In this document: piece after piece, positions 1 through 9,378 of the stretch
Position numbering within the stretch: position 1 is the first letter of the stretch
Layout: every line of letters starts with the position of its first letter
Virus record (IMG/VR): IMGVR_UViG_3300006162_000017
Location: 1-53,461 of that record
DNA from: a virus
Lineage: Duplodnaviria; Caudoviricetes
Strand: one strand, 5' to 3'
DNA: 53,461 nucleotides
The notes under the pieces: model-generated
Seen by the model: only the letters and a program-made list of their open reading frames with translations
Databases searched by the model: none
What the model was told of the DNA's origin: nothing
Made by a program: the position numbers and the translations under genes

Positions 1-141
1 ATAGCCAAATTGATTGGTATTTCCTGTTTGTAACTGAAGTAGGTTATCTGAAATACGGACTTGGAAGGTCTTGCAAAGAAGAGTACGAACACCAGAAGTC
101 GTAGAAAGGAACGATTCTGATGGGATTCCATATTTGTACAT
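1..141 (-). CDS. 5' part of a virion (capsid decoration-like) gene that continues across the window edge into 52671..53461
   Basis: ATG at 141 preceded by AGGAG; open to base 1 (MYKYGIPSESFLSTTSGVRTLLCKTFQVRISD...FGY); directly after the capsid gene. Confidence 0.7.
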   Translation of the reverse strand, partial: MYKYGIPSESFLSTTSGVRTLLCKTFQVRISDNLLQLQTGNTNQFGY

Positions 142-152
142 TTATATCTCCT

Positions 153-184
153 AAGAGGCCGGGTTCGCCCCCGGCCCCTCTCTT
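153..184 (-). terminator. GC-rich hairpin after the capsid gene (weak terminator or stabiliser)
   Basis: minus strand GGCCGGG-GGCGAA-CCCGGCC followed only by TCTT. Confidence 0.5.
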
Positions 185-190
185 AGGTTA

Positions 191-1105
191 TTATGCGCCT
201 GCTGAACCGAACAGACCGCGAGGATCTGACCAGCCGAAGCTAAAGCGAGTCGTTACCTTGAACTTGGCGTTCTCGGTATCAAAATCATTATCTTCGCTAA
301 ACTCGTCTGATCTGCGATCAAAGGACTTCATTCCGTCCATGACGTTGGTTCTGATGAACCATGCATCTGGATCAGTAAGGAAGTGGTTGAGCACGACACC
401 CTTACGGAACTTACCGAGGTCTCTCAGAGCATTTGCATCATTAAGGTCAGAGCCAGGACGCTGGGTGGACTTAAGGATACGATGCGCTTCAAACTCAAGG
501 TTCCAAGGAATAATAAGGCTATCAGGAACCGCAGAGATGATGAGGCCACGGTCATTCTGGAAGACAGCAATTTGAATAACTGCTTGTTCAAGAGCTGCTT
601 CAGAAAGGTCCGCAGGGATTGCTAGAGTGTTGCTCCACGTACCACCAATAACATTGGGGTGTGCGGGGTTGATTAACGAGACACCATCGCCGCCAACATA
701 AGCACTGTTGAAAGCGCGGTTATACACGTTCGCACCAATGATCTCCTTCGTTTGACGAACGGAGAACGCTAGACCCTTAGCACGCTTCTTAGCAGCTACG
801 TCATATAGATCGTCCTCGATCATCTCACGAGTGATGATGAAACCAAGGGCATACACAACGTGGGTGTAGCGGGTGATAAAGCCTTGGCGCTGAGTATCAT
901 ACGTGATACCAGAGCCTTCAGGCTTCTGAACGAGATAACCGAAGGACGTAACAAGCACGTCTTCTTCATAGTTTCTACGTGATGTTTCTTTTTCGAATAG
1001 TTTATCCCATTCGACTGGCCATTCGTTGTAGGCTTCTCCGTACCAAGCATTAATGCCGGGCCAGAGTGCCTTACTAAACGAGCCAGTAGTAACTGGACTA
1101 GACAT
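191..1105 (-). CDS. major capsid protein (LUZ24/PaP3-like)
   Basis: 304 aa; N-term FSKALWPGINAWYG and C-term RFSFGWSDPRGLFGS recalled as typical of this family; downstream of scaffold. Confidence 0.9.
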   Translation of the reverse strand: MSSPVTTGSFSKALWPGINAWYGEAYNEWPVEWDKLFEKETSRRNYEEDVLVTSFGYLVQKPEGSGITYDTQRQGFITRYTHVVYALGFIITREMIEDDLYDVAAKKRAKGLAFSVRQTKEIIGANVYNRAFNSAYVGGDGVSLINPAHPNVIGGTWSNTLAIPADLSEAALEQAVIQIAVFQNDRGLIISAVPDSLIIPWNLEFEAHRILKSTQRPGSDLNDANALRDLGKFRKGVVLNHFLTDPDAWFIRTNVMDGMKSFDRRSDEFSEDNDFDTENAKFKVTTRFSFGWSDPRGLFGSAGA

Positions 1106-1116
1106 AGTTTAGCTCC

Positions 1117-1761
1117 TTAGATGCCCGCGCTTTGGTTATTACCAAAGAAGCAGTTGTTGAGAATGACTTCTACCTTGGGGTAAATACCCGCAGTAGATAG
1201 ATCTTGGTCAATACGCATTGAGTAGCGTATGATCTTTAGCTGAAGTGTAGACGTTGTGGCAGCGGTTGAGCTATCAACCATCATACCGGAAAGGCCAGCG
1301 CCCAGGTTAGCAGTAGCGGCAGGAGCATAAATAGAGGCGTTGAGGCCAATATAGTTTGTACCAGCAGCGGCGGAAAGGTTAGGGGCAATGGCAGCGCCAG
1401 CAGCGCCGCAAAGTTGTGCTTCATAGACTACATCAGGCGTATCAGCTACCCAAACGTAACGTCCGTTAGCATTTGATGCAGGGTTAAAGCCTGAGTTTTG
1501 CAGGTTGGTGGGGTCCACCTTGAAGCCAACAATGGCTCCAAGTACAGGAACACCACCTGCGGTGGCTCTAGTTACGATGGGTACTCCAAGAGCATATGAA
1601 TCTGTGGAATTGGTAGTACCAACAAACGTAACTAGGTCGCCAACAGCATAAGCATTAGCGTCAGTAGAGGGAATAAAATACAGTTGACTTTGACCGTTAT
1701 ACTTCGAACCGTCAATATGTCGAACTGGCTTAAACCCAAACGGACGATTAATATTCGCCAT
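1117..1761 (-). CDS. virion structural protein (decoration/minor capsid)
   Basis: MANINRPFGFKPVR start, Ala/Gly/Thr-rich, next to capsid; AGGAG RBS. Confidence 0.65.
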   Translation of the reverse strand: MANINRPFGFKPVRHIDGSKYNGQSQLYFIPSTDANAYAVGDLVTFVGTTNSTDSYALGVPIVTRATAGGVPVLGAIVGFKVDPTNLQNSGFNPASNANGRYVWVADTPDVVYEAQLCGAAGAAIAPNLSAAAGTNYIGLNASIYAPAATANLGAGLSGMMVDSSTAATTSTLQLKIIRYSMRIDQDLSTAGIYPKVEVILNNCFFGNNQSAGI

Positions 1762-1786
1762 TAGGATCTCCTAGTTGTGAAGCTCC

Positions 1787-2194
1787 CTAAGAACGTCGGC
1801 GTAATTCTCCAGAGATTTTGACATCCCCGTATTGTCCTTCGGAAGCGTTTGGTTTCATTGCAGCTTCCCGATCATTAACAATCTGCTGTTTCTTCTCTTG
1901 GTCCTCTTCGTAGAATTCCTTCTCTATGGACACGAGCATTTGCTTTTTCCCACCACCAACGGAAATTGTGTTATCTGTTGGAGTAGGTATGTCAGTTCGC
2001 TGGCCCCCTAGTACATGCTTCTTAATATCTTCTACTCTATACCCTGCGTCAACAAATTGAGAGAGTCTAGCGTCATCGGCATCAATAATGCGATACTGTC
2101 TATTGGGGTCTGTGTTTACGAATTGAAGCCGTTGTCTTGCGGCAACAGGCTTACGTTCGGGGCGCACTGGCGCTTTGGTAGTTACTTTTTCCAT
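1787..2194 (-). CDS. conserved head-module hypothetical protein
   Basis: 135 aa ORF packed between scaffold and decoration genes. Confidence 0.65.
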   Translation of the reverse strand: MEKVTTKAPVRPERKPVAARQRLQFVNTDPNRQYRIIDADDARLSQFVDAGYRVEDIKKHVLGGQRTDIPTPTDNTISVGGGKKQMLVSIEKEFYEEDQEKKQQIVNDREAAMKPNASEGQYGDVKISGELRRRS

Positions 2195-2196
2195 GA

Positions 2197-2952
2197 TTAT
2201 AGTCCTTTGCTCTTCTTGAGCTGTGCTTTGTACTCTTCTGGTGTAATCTTTGCTCCGGCACGAATCAGGTTATCCATGATGCGCTGTTCCATGTCTGTGA
2301 GCTTAAAGGTGTCGCCACCCGAAGTTCTTTTAGTACTGCCCCCGCCTACCGCCGGAGCATCTTCCTTATTAGGATTACGTCTACTAAACTTTTCTGGAAA
2401 CTCTTCCCTAGCTGTTTTGCTAATATCTGCTAGAACTTCGGAAGGAGACTTACCTTGTCTTGCAAGTAAAGCACCCATTCCGTCTGCCCATGCTGTCATC
2501 TTTACATCCTTGCCATACCAGTCATTGTTTTGCTTGAACTGCGTAAATTCGGGATGTTCGGTTTGTTGAGGTTGGTTTGCTGCCTGGGTCTGGGTCTTTT
2601 GGATCTCTTCAATCTGATCCTTGATATCCTCAGCCTTGGTTAGCTCACCGTCCTCTAATGCCTTCCTTCGCTCGGCTCGAAGTTCCTTAATAGCCCGTTC
2701 GTAGGATGTTTGTTCAATAATCTTGTTATGTTGCGTAAGGGCTTCAATGCCCTTCTTCAGTGTACGAAGTTCTTTATGTTGGTCCTCAATCTTATCGAAT
2801 AAGGACTTTCTATCCATAAATTCTTCGGCAGGTCTCCACTTCTTTCCAGAATTCTTGGGATCTGCTTTAAATGCTTCTTCGGGTTGCCAGCCATGTTCCA
2901 TGGCCTGTTGTTCAACCTCAGGAACTTCTGGTGTTTGCGTCTCTTCAGTCAT
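2197..2952 (-). CDS. capsid scaffolding protein
   Basis: acidic, coiled-coil-like, GWxP...W motif; between portal and capsid. Confidence 0.75.
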   Translation of the reverse strand: MTEETQTPEVPEVEQQAMEHGWQPEEAFKADPKNSGKKWRPAEEFMDRKSLFDKIEDQHKELRTLKKGIEALTQHNKIIEQTSYERAIKELRAERRKALEDGELTKAEDIKDQIEEIQKTQTQAANQPQQTEHPEFTQFKQNNDWYGKDVKMTAWADGMGALLARQGKSPSEVLADISKTAREEFPEKFSRRNPNKEDAPAVGGGSTKRTSGGDTFKLTDMEQRIMDNLIRAGAKITPEEYKAQLKKSKGL

Positions 2953-3283
2953 GGTATCCTCTCAGACCAGCTACTACGTCTTCGTCATTAATGACAACTA
3001 CCTTAATATCTTTATTTACTGGATCTTCTATGAGCTTTCCAGCATACTTAGCGAAAGCTACATAATCTCCTACCTTAAGTCCGCCAATGTATTCCTGGCT
3101 GCAACTAGGACCAATTTCGAGAATTTGGCCTCTGTCAATACCGGCTTCCCTTCTCTTGTAGTCATCGTTGTCTTCTGGTAGTGCTAAACCAGATTTCTTT
3201 GCTCTAGCTAGAACTGGATCTAGTTCTGCAATAGTATGAACTTTAAGTACTAGCTTACAACCAACAGCGAATACATTGCTCAT
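2945..3283 (-). CDS. groES: GroES-like co-chaperonin
   Basis: SGLALP loop, GQILEIG, LKVGDYVAFAKYAG and VINDEDVVA match the Cpn10 pattern. Confidence 0.8.
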   Translation of the reverse strand: MSNVFAVGCKLVLKVHTIAELDPVLARAKKSGLALPEDNDDYKRREAGIDRGQILEIGPSCSQEYIGGLKVGDYVAFAKYAGKLIEDPVNKDIKVVVINDEDVVAGLRGYHD

Positions 3284-3501
3284 TGTTCCTCCTCTGGGAT
3301 GAAATTGTCTGCCTGAAGGATATCTTTTATCCCTGTAATATACCCTACTAAAAACCTGTCTTTTATGGGGTCTATCCCCGCTGAAGCACCTAACTCTTCT
3401 TCTTTGTCCCTAATTTGATCTTTGATTAGTTGAAAGATTATTTGCGTGATTTTGTCTGCGCGCCAGAGCTGGTATTCTTCTTTTGTAATTGGATCTTCGA
3501 T
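3280..3501 (-). CDS. 73-aa hypothetical protein missing from the ORF track; apparent ATC start
   Basis: open frame IEDPITKEEYQLWRAD...DRFLVGYITGIKDIL...EEEQ fills the portal-groES gap; GAGGAGG 7 nt before ATC; stop overlaps groES start (ATGA). Confidence 0.65.
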   Translation of the reverse strand: MEDPITKEEYQLWRADKITQIIFQLIKDQIRDKEEELGASAGIDPIKDRFLVGYITGIKDILQADNFIPEEEQ

Positions 3502-5630
3502 TTTTGAGCCTCCTCATTGAGTTTTAACTTCTGGTCATGAGCTTGCCCGGTTTGGCTGGTTTGCTGCTTGAAAGCCTCTTGTTGCTGCTGAATACCAACT
3601 TGGTGGGATTGCTCTGCGTGTTGCATCTGCTGTTGGGCTGATGCGATCTCCATATTCATCTTGGCGTGATGCTCTTGTGCATCTTGCTGTAGTTCTGCTT
3701 GGCGCATTTGAAGATCCATTTGGTTCTCCTGCTGTTTGGCTTGGAGATCTTGTTGATGTTCCTGCGCTTCATTCTGCATCTTTTGTTGACCCTGTTGCAT
3801 CTGTAGTTGGGTCTTAGCTTGCTCTGATTTAGCCTTTTCCTGAATAGCTTGTACCTTGGGATCAGGGGGTGGTTGATAGGGAGCAGGTTGTCCTTGTTGT
3901 TGCATACCTGGAATGAGTTCAGCTATATTAGGCTGTTCCTGAGCCTCTAGGATGCGTTTTACGAGAATTGGAATAGGCATATAGCCTGGGATAGCCTGAT
4001 TCAATTCCATAAGGGCCTGGGCCTTCATAAGCTTCTCTGTTTGCGTTGTAGCAGTAGGATCGGCCGTAGGACACACATCATACACTTCAGGATTGAAATC
4101 TTCAGGATTTAGGGACTGTTCCCCCAGTATAGCTAGGTAAGTATCCTTGTCTAGATAGTACCCATTTAGGTCAAATACCTTCTTATATTCCTTAGCTAAT
4201 GAACGGTAGATTCGTTTGTAAATAGCGGTGAAGACTTTCATACCCTGCTCGATCGTTGCCATAGTAGTCGTTGCAGGAGTGTTCTGTCCGGGCATTTTCC
4301 CGGTAAAGATCTCGGCTACTGAAGCCAGTTCCTTCCCTGAGGTTACAAGCATTCCCAGAAGTTGGAATAGGACATTCGATGGTTCTTTGGCAGGGATTGG
4401 GACGATTTGTTTTCGTAGGTCATCTCCTGTTGCGTTGACGGCTTTCCACTCTCCAGGGGTGAACTGGGAGGTACCCATCTTGATCCTAAGTCCTTTGCCG
4501 ATAAATCCGATTTGAAGGTTTGATAGAGTTCCGGCATCAATGAGTTGGTTGAGGATTGAATTGATACCCTCGTTGATGGGGCCCAATAGATGCCCAAAGC
4601 CGTAGTCATAATATGATCCGTCAGGATTTGGTATGAACCCAAATTTGGTATAGTAGTGGACTGGCTCATAGCAGACTGGTTTTCCCTTCTTATTTAGCTT
4701 TACGCCCTTTTTGGTGTATCTGGCAGAGATTCTAAGGACTTTCTTTGATGGGTGATCGAAAGTAACAATATAAGGTTCTCTAAGACCATCATCATTGAGG
4801 TCTAACCACGTATGTTGTTCGATAATCTTACGTGGAGTGGTCCAATCTACTTGCTTTGCTGTTTTAACAGCGTTATTTAGCTTAGAAGTCTCTGGAGTAG
4901 GAACATTTCCAAGCTCAATATCAAGAAATTCACCAGAAAGCTGCTTTCCTTTGATCTGATTCTCTGAAAGCCAAGTAACTTCACTGATTCTTTCGCAATC
5001 TTCAAGGCAACGAGTCCAATAATCTACGACAAAATTCTCTGGGAACACCAAAGTAGACTCAATTTTGTCTGTAGTCTTGCAATAATACGTCTTTTTGTGC
5101 ATCATCCCTACTACAGAACACTGTAATAGGAGCTTATCCATGTCCTCTTCCCAGTAATCCAGATCCTGCATCAGTTGCCAGGACATGTATTTACCTATTC
5201 TGTCTCCTGTTTCTGTCTTGGATCCATCTGGATCGTTTCCCCATACCTTAGTCTGTACGATATTTCCATCAGAAGGCACAAGAGAAGGATAGGCACGAGC
5301 ACTAAACTGCATAGCAGCAGTACTAATAAGAGGAAACTTGATGTTAGCAGCATCCGGCCAGGGATAAGTCTTCTTTTCCTTAATTTGACCGGCGAGTTTA
5401 AGCCAATCGGAAGTCGCCATGACCCAATCTTTACGAGAGGTTTCATCGTCTTGAAATCCCTTGTAGCATTCTTCACCAATCTTGGCTAGTTTTTCTTCAT
5501 CTAGCTTTTCAGCTATGTTCACACTTTGAAGGACTACATCAAATTGTGCAGAAGAATCATCTCCAGGATCAGTAGCCTGCCCACTGGGATCGGCCTGTTG
5601 GTTGTTCTGATTGCCGTAGTTCGAATTCAT
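3438..5630 (-). CDS. portal protein
   Basis: 730 aa directly after terL; KTYPWPDAANIKFPLI motif; Gln-rich coiled-coil C-terminus. Confidence 0.85.
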   Translation of the reverse strand: MNSNYGNQNNQQADPSGQATDPGDDSSAQFDVVLQSVNIAEKLDEEKLAKIGEECYKGFQDDETSRKDWVMATSDWLKLAGQIKEKKTYPWPDAANIKFPLISTAAMQFSARAYPSLVPSDGNIVQTKVWGNDPDGSKTETGDRIGKYMSWQLMQDLDYWEEDMDKLLLQCSVVGMMHKKTYYCKTTDKIESTLVFPENFVVDYWTRCLEDCERISEVTWLSENQIKGKQLSGEFLDIELGNVPTPETSKLNNAVKTAKQVDWTTPRKIIEQHTWLDLNDDGLREPYIVTFDHPSKKVLRISARYTKKGVKLNKKGKPVCYEPVHYYTKFGFIPNPDGSYYDYGFGHLLGPINEGINSILNQLIDAGTLSNLQIGFIGKGLRIKMGTSQFTPGEWKAVNATGDDLRKQIVPIPAKEPSNVLFQLLGMLVTSGKELASVAEIFTGKMPGQNTPATTTMATIEQGMKVFTAIYKRIYRSLAKEYKKVFDLNGYYLDKDTYLAILGEQSLNPEDFNPEVYDVCPTADPTATTQTEKLMKAQALMELNQAIPGYMPIPILVKRILEAQEQPNIAELIPGMQQQGQPAPYQPPPDPKVQAIQEKAKSEQAKTQLQMQQGQQKMQNEAQEHQQDLQAKQQENQMDLQMRQAELQQDAQEHHAKMNMEIASAQQQMQHAEQSHQVGIQQQQEAFKQQTSQTGQAHDQKLKLNEEAQKSKIQLQKKNTSSGAQTKSRK

Positions 5631-7083
5631 ATTCCTCTTCTTCTACTTCTTTTTCAGTAGGTGCTTCAATTATATTATCCAACAACATTCCCAAGTATGC
5701 GAAGGCATCAACTTGGTCATCTTTTACACCACGAGGGAACTTTAAAAGCTCATCTTCAAAGACAGGATACCAGTCAGAGGTTTTATCGAACTTTACTGTC
5801 TTCGCCCTCATTCTACCTTGAATACTTCTAGCTCTTTGGATCTTGTCCTTACCACCATGTTTTAGCTTAATTACGTTAGGGAAGATGTTCTGTTTAATCA
5901 TTTCTTCCCTAAGGAAGGGTCCAATGGACTTGGTAATCATCATATCTTCGATACCGAAAGCGTCAGCATCATAGATCTTTTGAAGAGACAGAATGGTGTC
6001 GATTATTTCTTTCGTATCCATCCGTTCTCGTATAACATTCCTAATATGAAGTCCACGATCTTCATCAACGGCAGCAACAACAAAAACAGAATAGTCACTA
6101 CGAGCTTCAGTGGACACAGCAGGATCGAGCGTAATGTAATATCTGACCTGCTTTTTCTTGTCTTCTTCTGGCTCATTTAGGAAGTCTCCACGGCGAAAGT
6201 AGGCTACTGTTTCGTCTAAGGGATTGTTAAGATACTCTTGCGAGTAGAGGTCCATCATCCCATCTTTGGAGAATTCTTCCATTCTTACTTTAAAATACTC
6301 TTTGGAGAATCTTTGTGGCCAGAGTATTTTATCGAAGTTGGGAGTATGCGCTCTATACTTAACTGACTTCCACATTAGTTTTTTAGGGTATGTAGTGTAT
6401 ACCTTTAAACCATCGTCTTGTGTCCATTTATCATTTGGCATCAGGTTCTCTAGGACCGAGTCCATGTGAAGTATAGTTCCCCACATCCTCATCTTGCCCT
6501 TTAGGGACAGTGCTGGGATCAGTGCTCCCCGGAACCATCTCTTGAGTTTGTCCCTTCGATCCTTGTTCATAACCAGTTCGTCGTTCTCTAAATCGTCTAC
6601 TAGAACCAAGTCTGGTCTTATACCATCCCATAAAAGTCCTCTAAGCTTTTGTTCAGCGCCCTTACCCATAACTCTAAAGGTCTTGCCATCTTCAAACTGA
6701 ACAATAAAGTCTGTTTCAGTATCTTTGATTAAACTGGCTTGCTTTTTCTCGTTTCTCTTAATTCCGAACAAATCTATTAAAGATTCATTCTCAGATATTT
6801 CCTGTTTCATGCTGGATACGAACATCGCCGCCTGAGCTTCCGTATCTGACACGATAAGGCAATATCTGGAGTTGCGGAATAACAGTTCGGCCAATCCGTA
6901 TGCTAGGGTTCCAGCCGTAGATTTGGCGTGTCCCCGTGGAGCAGCGATAGCTACAAACTGATGGTCCGAACATGCTAGTTCCCAAAGCTCTTTATGAAAT
7001 TGTGGAGTTTCAACAGCATCATCAAATCTCTTTGCTAATACTGATCCTACAAAACCTTCGATGATTGATGCAGTTAGTTTCAA
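5569..7083 (-). CDS. terL: terminase large subunit
   Basis: Walker A APRGHAKST, Walker B LVLVDDLE, nuclease motifs LDPA and DDQVDA; TTG start. Confidence 0.95.
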   Translation of the reverse strand: MKLTASIIEGFVGSVLAKRFDDAVETPQFHKELWELACSDHQFVAIAAPRGHAKSTAGTLAYGLAELLFRNSRYCLIVSDTEAQAAMFVSSMKQEISENESLIDLFGIKRNEKKQASLIKDTETDFIVQFEDGKTFRVMGKGAEQKLRGLLWDGIRPDLVLVDDLENDELVMNKDRRDKLKRWFRGALIPALSLKGKMRMWGTILHMDSVLENLMPNDKWTQDDGLKVYTTYPKKLMWKSVKYRAHTPNFDKILWPQRFSKEYFKVRMEEFSKDGMMDLYSQEYLNNPLDETVAYFRRGDFLNEPEEDKKKQVRYYITLDPAVSTEARSDYSVFVVAAVDEDRGLHIRNVIRERMDTKEIIDTILSLQKIYDADAFGIEDMMITKSIGPFLREEMIKQNIFPNVIKLKHGGKDKIQRARSIQGRMRAKTVKFDKTSDWYPVFEDELLKFPRGVKDDQVDAFAYLGMLLDNIIEAPTEKEVEEEEYEFELRQSEQPTGRSQWAGY

Positions 7084-8747
7084 GGGATTAGTTGAATTGC
7101 TTGCCTAATTTTATCAGCGATTCTTTGGCTATAATATCTATATCCAACTGGGGAGACATAATGAGTGGCATCATAATTATAAATATCGTTGTTACCAACG
7201 CCAGTTTGAGCTAAAGCATATCCAGTACCAGTAACCCAAGGTCCCGTAGTATCATTTGTAATAGAAAAATAAAATGTTTGGGGATCATTAAATTGTGCGA
7301 TAGCCGCTTGATATGCAGCATCTGTTAATGGATATCTACTTTGATTACTTGGAGAATTATTTACTCCAATAAAGAAAATTGGAACATTTCCTCTAAGTTG
7401 CCGAATATTTTGTAAAAGGGCCAATGTAGTAGTTTGTACAGAAGTATATCCATTCCCAGCACCCCAGGAACCATCATTAACAGATCCTTGAATAACAATT
7501 ACATCGGGATCTGGACAAGTTGCAACATCTTGATAACGATATATATAAGGTACTGTACCGGCATTAATAGTATTAGGAGCGATAACGCCAGCCCCAGCTT
7601 GTCCCCAGCTCCAATTATCTTCCCAACCAAGATATTTACCAACCATATTAGTGAAATCTCCACCAAGTCCGGTAGGTCCACCAAAAGAATCAGTAAACCA
7701 AACTGCACGAATAAATTGATTTCTTGCTAAAGGAAAAACACTATCTTGTTGATTAAAATTTAAAGAATAAAAAAAGCTAGTGTATCCTTGAATTTCTATA
7801 ACAACTTTTCTTAATTTGGGCTGTCTAGTTGGATAAGTAGCTGTAAAATCTACTGTAGCCCTAACAATAGCATTTCCTGGTACATTTGCCGCAACATAAT
7901 TTCCATAAGTTACATATTTATCGTCTACTAAAATTCTCATGGAGCCATTGCCGCCCCCACTAGAAATACCAACTCCAAATTTTACAGAATCTGTATAAAA
8001 TACAAGTTTTTGTGTGATTGCTGGAAGAGAATAACCAGTTTGGAAATTTGGTTGAATTGGCCAACCAGCGCCATTATTAGGTTGTGTTTGGGTAGCTCCT
8101 GCAGTTGGACCAGAAACACCATAAAAAGATACTCCAAGATTAGCAGCAGCGTAATTAAACCATAACCCGCCCGTAAAGGTTGCTAATTGCCCAGAAACTG
8201 GATAAGAAACCCCCCAATTTTTATTGTATAAAGTAGTTTCTACACCAAAACCAAAAGCAGTGTTACTGGTAACAGTTACAACTGGAGCGCCGGCTTGGGC
8301 AGAAGAATTAATAACTGGACCAATATAAGTCCAAGAACCGCTTCCATCTGTGATGGGAGTAGTACCTGTTCCAGTAGGAGCAGTGCCTGAAGTAGCTATA
8401 GTAGCTAAACAATTATATAAATTACCAGCATTTGAGACAATATGGTTTTGCTGATATGCTGTTGCAGTAACCCAAGCTGCTTCCGTTTGCCAAGGAGTAT
8501 TGGTCATTGGATTACCGTTTTGCTGTGCTTGTAATGCAAACCTACGTAATTTGCTACCAACAGTTTCTGAAGTTGCAGATGCATACGTCCAACCTGCTTG
8601 CAAAGCACCTGGAATATCTACAAATTGAATATCTGCCGTTCCTCCAGCATTGGACACATATTGAATACCACTTGAAGCACCAGTATATCTTGTATTGGCT
8701 ACAAGGCTAGGGGCTTTTAGTGTCTGAGATATAGTATTATTAGCCAT
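7080..8747 (-). CDS. SGNH/GDSL esterase-domain protein, probably virion-associated
   Basis: FTDSF, GQAGAG, QGSVND and DATH blocks; N-terminal Trp/Tyr module resembling CBM5/12. Confidence 0.7.
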   Translation of the reverse strand: MANNTISQTLKAPSLVANTRYTGASSGIQYVSNAGGTADIQFVDIPGALQAGWTYASATSETVGSKLRRFALQAQQNGNPMTNTPWQTEAAWVTATAYQQNHIVSNAGNLYNCLATIATSGTAPTGTGTTPITDGSGSWTYIGPVINSSAQAGAPVVTVTSNTAFGFGVETTLYNKNWGVSYPVSGQLATFTGGLWFNYAAANLGVSFYGVSGPTAGATQTQPNNGAGWPIQPNFQTGYSLPAITQKLVFYTDSVKFGVGISSGGGNGSMRILVDDKYVTYGNYVAANVPGNAIVRATVDFTATYPTRQPKLRKVVIEIQGYTSFFYSLNFNQQDSVFPLARNQFIRAVWFTDSFGGPTGLGGDFTNMVGKYLGWEDNWSWGQAGAGVIAPNTINAGTVPYIYRYQDVATCPDPDVIVIQGSVNDGSWGAGNGYTSVQTTTLALLQNIRQLRGNVPIFFIGVNNSPSNQSRYPLTDAAYQAAIAQFNDPQTFYFSITNDTTGPWVTGTGYALAQTGVGNNDIYNYDATHYVSPVGYRYYSQRIADKIRQAIQLIP

Positions 8748-9369
8748 TTATTGAAACCTCTTCCCATTGCATGCCAAAGGCAAGTGATGAAGCTGCAGAA
8801 GCAGCAGATGTGTAGAATGCAGCAAAACCACCTGGGGGAACGATTAGTGAACCTTCAAGGTCCACAACCTGTCCAATATCAGGTACAGTGGTAATAGCTG
8901 CGGTACCGATAACGTTTAGTAGGAGAATGCTTGTTGGGGCCACTGGTAGGGTTACGGCTGAGGCAGCAAGACCGACACCGCCTGCCGTACCTGCAAATGC
9001 ACCCCCAACAACAAGTGGCGTAGTTTGAGTAACAGCCGTAGCACTGACCCCAGACATAATACCAACCAGAAGAGCAGCGGTTTGAACCACTACTGAAGCA
9101 TACGTAACCTTATTAACCACGAGGTTAACAGAAGAGCCCACTGGATTAGTAAGGCAGAAACCAGTGTACGTAGTAGCAAAACCAGAAGTTGTAGTAACAC
9201 CGGCTAGGTTTGAGCTACGAAATAATGCCTTTCTAAAAGCAGTTTCATAATACCTGCCATGTGCTTCAGATACAACAAGGGCCCCGGCTCTATCCTGTCT
9301 TACAGGAGCTAGCTGGGAGCCGTCTGATAATACTGCAGGCCCTACAACGCCTGAGATCGGAAGTGCCAT
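8740..9369 (-). CDS. putative virion structural protein
   Basis: 209 aa Ala/Val/Gly/Thr-rich, ends WEEV; AAGGA RBS. Confidence 0.6.
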   Translation of the reverse strand: MALPISGVVGPAVLSDGSQLAPVRQDRAGALVVSEAHGRYYETAFRKALFRSSNLAGVTTTSGFATTYTGFCLTNPVGSSVNLVVNKVTYASVVVQTAALLVGIMSGVSATAVTQTTPLVVGGAFAGTAGGVGLAASAVTLPVAPTSILLLNVIGTAAITTVPDIGQVVDLEGSLIVPPGGFAAFYTSAASAASSLAFGMQWEEVSING

Positions 9370-9378
9370 TTTAAATCC

